From Gemmatimonadota bacterium (GTDB taxonomy: Bacteria; Gemmatimonadota; Gemmatimonadetes; Gemmatimonadales; GWC2-71-9): a stretch of DNA of 64,000 nt. A model generated the notes under the pieces. The model made no database searches, was not told the DNA's origin, and saw only the letters and a list, made by a program, of their open reading frames with translations. The translations under genes and the position numbers were made by a program. Of this stretch, positions 60,527-64,000 are shown one piece after another (the stretch's first letter is position 1; every line of letters starts with the position of its first letter). Location: positions 60,563 to 124,562 of the forward strand of contig JAYTTT010000185.1 in NCBI GenBank assembly GCA_043744895.1, in the 5' to 3' direction.

Positions 60527-62073
60527 GACAGTCCTCCTTGGCGGAAGCGCGGTGACCAGATGCCATAGAGGATCGCGCCGGTGAGCACGAATAGTGGAAT
60601 CGGGGTGACGCCCTTCGAAAAGAAGTCGCCGTACTGACCACTGGTCTGCGACAGCGTGGTCAGGACCGGGAGCGTAAATCCGCCGCTGAACGTGCGCACG
60701 ATGGGGTCCAGAATCCCCAACGGATGCTCGACCTCCCGATACATCGCCAGCGGCCACGAGACAACCAGCGCCAGCAAGGCCCAAGCGTAAGCCGCGAGGG
60801 GCCGCATCCGGGCCAGCACGATCGCCGCCGCCACGAACAGGAACGGGAGGATCGGCGCGAGATAGCGGAGCCCGGTGTTGAACTGGAGCCGGGTGTAGTT
60901 GTTGCCGGCGAAGAACACCACCATGGCGAGCGGGATTCCCAGCAGCGCCAGCTGTTCAAGCCAGGGGACTGCGGCCCGGCCCCGACGGTTGATCCAGGGC
61001 AGGGCCAGCGCCAGCAGAAGAATGGGGCCAACCACGAACAAGCCGAAGCGGTAGTCGAAGAGCAGCATTCCGAAGAGCCCCGGATCGGGCGGGAACTGGT
61101 AACCCTGGTAGCCCCGGTCACTGAATGCGACGGGTGGCATCCAGTGTTGCCCGGGCAGAAAGGGGTTGCCGAATGCCTTCCATTGATAGAACCATAGCAA
61201 CAGCACACCGGGTAGTGTCCCGGCAACGAACGAGGAGCCTGCCCGCACCGCGTTGCTGACGCCACCCTCGCCCCACCGCTTCAGGGCTACGTACCCGAAC
61301 AGCGTGGCGATGAGGACCGCGCCGCTATAGTCGAACAGGAGCGCGACGCCTGCCCCTAGACCGCAAAGAAAATCTCGGGTTCGGGCCGACAACCGGGTGC
61401 CGCCCCACGGGTTCCACACGGCGAGGAAGCCCGCGAACGCGATATGGCCCAACATCAGGTTGTGATTCAGGAATCCAGTCCGGAAGAACACCGGGGTACC
61501 GAAGGCGTACAACAGACTGAGCCACAGCGCGGTCCGGTCCCGGCCCAGCACCGCCCGCAGGGTCAGGAACATCAACACTACGCCAAGCGCTGAGCTCGGC
61601 GCCATACAGAACACCTGGGTGACGAGCGCCGCGAGGCCGAGTTTGATATCGAGGCCCTTCTGCCATGCCATCACGTAGAACTTGCGGGTGTTGGCCCATG
61701 GAGTATTGAGCGCCGGGGGTTCGGTTTGGCCGCTGGCAAGGCGTTGCGCTTGCACCCGCGCGACGATGGGGTCGATCAGCGGGCGCGCCAGAGCGTACGG
61801 AATGGCCGCGAGCATCGAAACCCCGGGATTGTTGCCGATGTGACAGCCTCGGCCCGGCGTCTCGAACAGGTCCGGGTGGATGCCGCAGTAACCGTCGAGG
61901 TTGAACGAGAAGTGATCGCCGAGCGCCAGCGCGGGGTAGTGCTCACGGACGACGTTGGTCGCAAAATGGAGCGCGTAGACGATCCAGGCGGTAACGAACA
62001 GGCGCCCGGCAATTTGGCGCGTCGTCAGCGGCTGCATGGGAAGAAAGCCGTCTTGGGCGTCGACAAGACTCAT
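60523..62073 (-). CDS. large polytopic membrane protein (GT-C-like candidate glycosyltransferase)
   Basis: About 12 or more hydrophobic helices. The first loop carries acidic/aromatic residues (REHYPALALGDHFSFNLDGY). First gene of the coupled cluster. The start is uncertain (ATG 62073, ATG 62037 or GTG 62103). Confidence 0.55.
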   Translation of the reverse strand: MSLVDAQDGFLPMQPLTTRQIAGRLFVTAWIVYALHFATNVVREHYPALALGDHFSFNLDGYCGIHPDLFETPGRGCHIGNNPGVSMLAAIPYALARPLIDPIVARVQAQRLASGQTEPPALNTPWANTRKFYVMAWQKGLDIKLGLAALVTQVFCMAPSSALGVVLMFLTLRAVLGRDRTALWLSLLYAFGTPVFFRTGFLNHNLMLGHIAFAGFLAVWNPWGGTRLSARTRDFLCGLGAGVALLFDYSGAVLIATLFGYVALKRWGEGGVSNAVRAGSSFVAGTLPGVLLLWFYQWKAFGNPFLPGQHWMPPVAFSDRGYQGYQFPPDPGLFGMLLFDYRFGLFVVGPILLLALALPWINRRGRAAVPWLEQLALLGIPLAMVVFFAGNNYTRLQFNTGLRYLAPILPFLFVAAAIVLARMRPLAAYAWALLALVVSWPLAMYREVEHPLGILDPIVRTFSGGFTLPVLTTLSQTSGQYGDFFSKGVTPIPLFVLTGAILYGIWSPRFRQGGLS

Positions 62074-62573
62074 CCTCTCTCTACGATGTAGCGGGCCCAC
62101 CACACAGGCTCAGTCGTGGCAATTGCGGCCGGAAATGTCCTCCACCCCGTCTGCAACGTACGGGGTGCTATGGCCTGGTGTCCACTTTGCCCCCGGAGCC
62201 TATTGGCGCTCTTTCGATGAGGGCCGACTCCTCGGCTGCTTGCCGCCTCAGACGCGGCGGCGCTTTCTGAGCCGTCTTTCTGCAGTTTGTCCGACAGGGG
62301 CGCACGCTCGATCGGGGCTTCCCCCGGTTTATGTCCGCGCTGGTCCGCCAGTGGCGCAACGCGTTAGGCGGCCGGAGTGTCGTCGCGGACCTCTCCGTTT
62401 GGAGAGCCAGCGAGAAGGACCAGGAGAGTGGGCGCACCCCAAGCCGGCACCGACGACGGAGGCTTGACCCAGCGTTTCGGGCGATCGATACTTGACTGAC
62501 AGCTGCCCATGGTCCTTCCGGTTAGGCCGCGAACTTACCGGGCCATTGGGAGCGCCCGAAAGCCCTTGACTCT

Positions 62574-62612
62574 CCGCAGAACGGCAGTCGCGGCAGGTCG
62601 CCGTTCCTGCGG
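62574..62612 (+). other. 12-bp (one bulge) inverted repeat/hairpin in a long intergenic region
   Basis: CCGCAGAACGGC-(14 nt)-GCCGTTCCTGCGG, about 70 nt upstream of ATG 62682. No U tract follows. Confidence 0.3.
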
Positions 62613-62681
62613 TGCACACTGAACGTTAACATACGAGGCTGCGATTCTGGCGCGGTATGGGCCCATGCCGGACTCCTTGCT

Positions 62682-64000
62682 ATGACGACAATAGGTATCT
62701 TGGCCGGCTTTGTTGTGGTGATCACATCGCAACTTGGTGTCCTCACGGCGTTCGTTGGGGTGGGGCTTTTGGTGCGCCGCCGCCGTGGGGCCGGCCTGCT
62801 GCAGGTTGACGACTACCTCCTTGCTTTCTGGGTTGGACTGACTCTGGTGACGCTGTTTCTCTTGTGCTGGAACTTCGTGCTTCCCGTGTCGGAGGTGGCG
62901 CTCGCCCTCGTGTTGGGGACTGGACTGATCGGGATCGGCCGCAACCTCGGCCGCGTCAAACTCAACCGAGATCGTATCAGGCGCCCATTCACTTGGGTCG
63001 CAGTGGTGTTCGTGGCTCTGCTTTTTGTTTCAAGTCTCTCGCTCGGAGAGATGGGCTCCCCTATGAGCTACGATAGCGGAGTGTATCACGTCCAGGGGGT
63101 GCAGTGGGCGATGAAGTTCCCCGTTGTCCCCGGATTGGCGAATCTGATCGATCAACTCGGGTTCAACAATTCCAGCCTTCTTTACTATGCGATGCTCAAC
63201 GCGGGTCCTTGGCAGGGACGAGCCAACCACCTCGCCAACGGGGTGCTGATCCTGGCCCTGCTGCTGCAGGGGATCTGGGCCTGCTGCCGCCTTCTAGAGG
63301 GAGACCGGCATCCGCGTCGAGTCTTTGATGCTCTCCTCATCGTCCCTTCGGTATACCTTGCCTTCGGTGAACGAGCGTCAAGCTACGATACCGATCTGCC
63401 GGCGTCCCTTGTTCTCATGGTGGCGGCCTCAGCGATGTACGCGTCCCTGACCTGTTCGGGGCGCGGGGATCGAGAGCGATACTCGCCGGTAGTCATCGCA
63501 GCGCTCTTGGGGCTGGCTGTGACGCTGAAAGCGAGCAGCGGCGTCTTCGCCGTCGCGGCCTTCGCGACGATCCTACTCGCGCTCGGCCGGCCCGGGCGCT
63601 GGCACGAACATGCGATCGCCCTGAGCGTGGCGATGGTGATGGCCGCTGTGTGGGCCGGCCGGGGCATTGTTCTCAGCGGCTATCCCCTCTTCCCCGCGAC
63701 TGTTGGGGGGCTGGCGGTCGAGTGGCAAGTTCCAATCGAGCACGCCCGCGCCTTAATGGCCTACATCGTGCACGGTGCGCGCGGCTCCACGCAGAACCTC
63801 GCGGTGGTAGCAGGCGAGGTCGGCTTGAGCGGGTGGTTTCCGAAGTGGCTGACCTTGATCTGGCGCGATCCTTTCTCGATGGTCGTTCCGCTGGCTGTTG
63901 CCTTCGCCGGTCTCGTTTGCTTCGCGACAACACGAGGGTGGCGGACGCCCTCTTCAGCCAATGAGCGCTTGGGGTGGTGGCTCGCCGCCCCGCTTTTGCC
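62682..64000 (+). CDS. partial CDS: large polytopic membrane protein (possible glycan polymerase/GT-C-like), runs off the window
   Basis: Not in the ORF track (no stop within the window). My manual translation from ATG 62682 stays open for 439 codons. It reads MTTIGILAGFVVVITSQLGVL...SYDSGVYHVQGVQWAMKFPVVPGLANLIDQLGFNNSSLLYYAMLNAGPW...WFPKWLTLIWRDPF..., with at least 9 hydrophobic helices. It has more T-ending codons and lower GC than the neighbouring genes. Confidence 0.6.
   Translation, partial: MTTIGILAGFVVVITSQLGVLTAFVGVGLLVRRRRGAGLLQVDDYLLAFWVGLTLVTLFLLCWNFVLPVSEVALALVLGTGLIGIGRNLGRVKLNRDRIRRPFTWVAVVFVALLFVSSLSLGEMGSPMSYDSGVYHVQGVQWAMKFPVVPGLANLIDQLGFNNSSLLYYAMLNAGPWQGRANHLANGVLILALLLQGIWACCRLLEGDRHPRRVFDALLIVPSVYLAFGERASSYDTDLPASLVLMVAASAMYASLTCSGRGDRERYSPVVIAALLGLAVTLKASSGVFAVAAFATILLALGRPGRWHEHAIALSVAMVMAAVWAGRGIVLSGYPLFPATVGGLAVEWQVPIEHARALMAYIVHGARGSTQNLAVVAGEVGLSGWFPKWLTLIWRDPFSMVVPLAVAFAGLVCFATTRGWRTPSSANERLGWWLAAPLL

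Noticed and set aside
59769-60641. N-terminal 290-aa extension of ORF 58872..60641
   Set aside because: The extension overlaps the GT2 gene out of frame and is low-complexity (Arg/Pro/His-rich). The SDR similarity begins exactly at ATG 59768 (MRSLFVTGGSGFVG), which also forms a stop/start junction.
62146-62166. Hairpin CCCCGT-(9 nt)-ACGGGG near the start of the large membrane gene
   Set aside because: It is only a 6-bp stem with a 9-nt loop, which is expected by chance in GC-rich DNA. It is kept only as a note within the intergenic-gap finding.
1-64000. Mobile elements, prophage, toxin-antitoxin, restriction-modification or other canonical defence genes
   Set aside because: No transposase, integrase, recombinase, phage structural, methyltransferase or nuclease signatures were recognised in any of the supported ORFs. 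The only accessory-looking genes are the FRG-domain gene and the lower-GC membrane gene at the right edge.

Overview
High-GC (about 65-70% by eye), very gene-dense bacterial chromosomal segment. The gene content is consistent with Gemmatimonadota or Acidobacteria-like soil bacteria; that placement is inference only. About 70 protein-coding genes are supported. Many are translationally coupled through ATGA, GTGA or TGATG junctions, and I used these junctions to trim over-long ORF-track models. I found no rRNA, tRNA, CRISPR array, transposase, integrase or phage gene.

Main blocks:
- 1-6.8 kb: glycan cluster with GT2-like enzymes, an MOP/Wzx flippase, a GT4, a Gfo/Idh/MocA oxidoreductase and a TMTC-like TPR membrane glycosyltransferase.
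- Many peptidases and amino-acid catabolism genes: M61-PDZ, Leu/Val dehydrogenase, S41, M20, agmatinase, M42, M28-PDZ, an S33 hydrolase and a rhomboid.
- Three ECF sigma/anti-sigma modules. One sits with two periplasmic HEAT-repeat paralogs, one with a CpxP-like protein plus TolC and a MacAB-type exporter, and one with a double-PDZ protein.
- A coupled fRMsr-HDAC-hydrolase-unknown-PolX-Nth operon.
- An FRG-domain/TetR/outer-membrane-barrel operon.
- A voltage-gated channel / D-Cys desulfhydrase-like / broken rhodanese operon.

The most system-like candidate is at 56.8-62.1 kb. It is a five-gene coupled cluster of a polytopic membrane protein, a polyprenyl-phosphate-type GT2, an SDR, a small anchor protein and a GMC flavoprotein. 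I interpret it as a lipid-linked sugar oxidation/reduction and transfer pathway.

Other observations:
- a short GYGCCGAG tandem repeat element at three gene boundaries
- Gly/Arg-rich insertions in three exported proteins
- a textbook leaderless TetR promoter/operator
- two unusually long non-coding gaps
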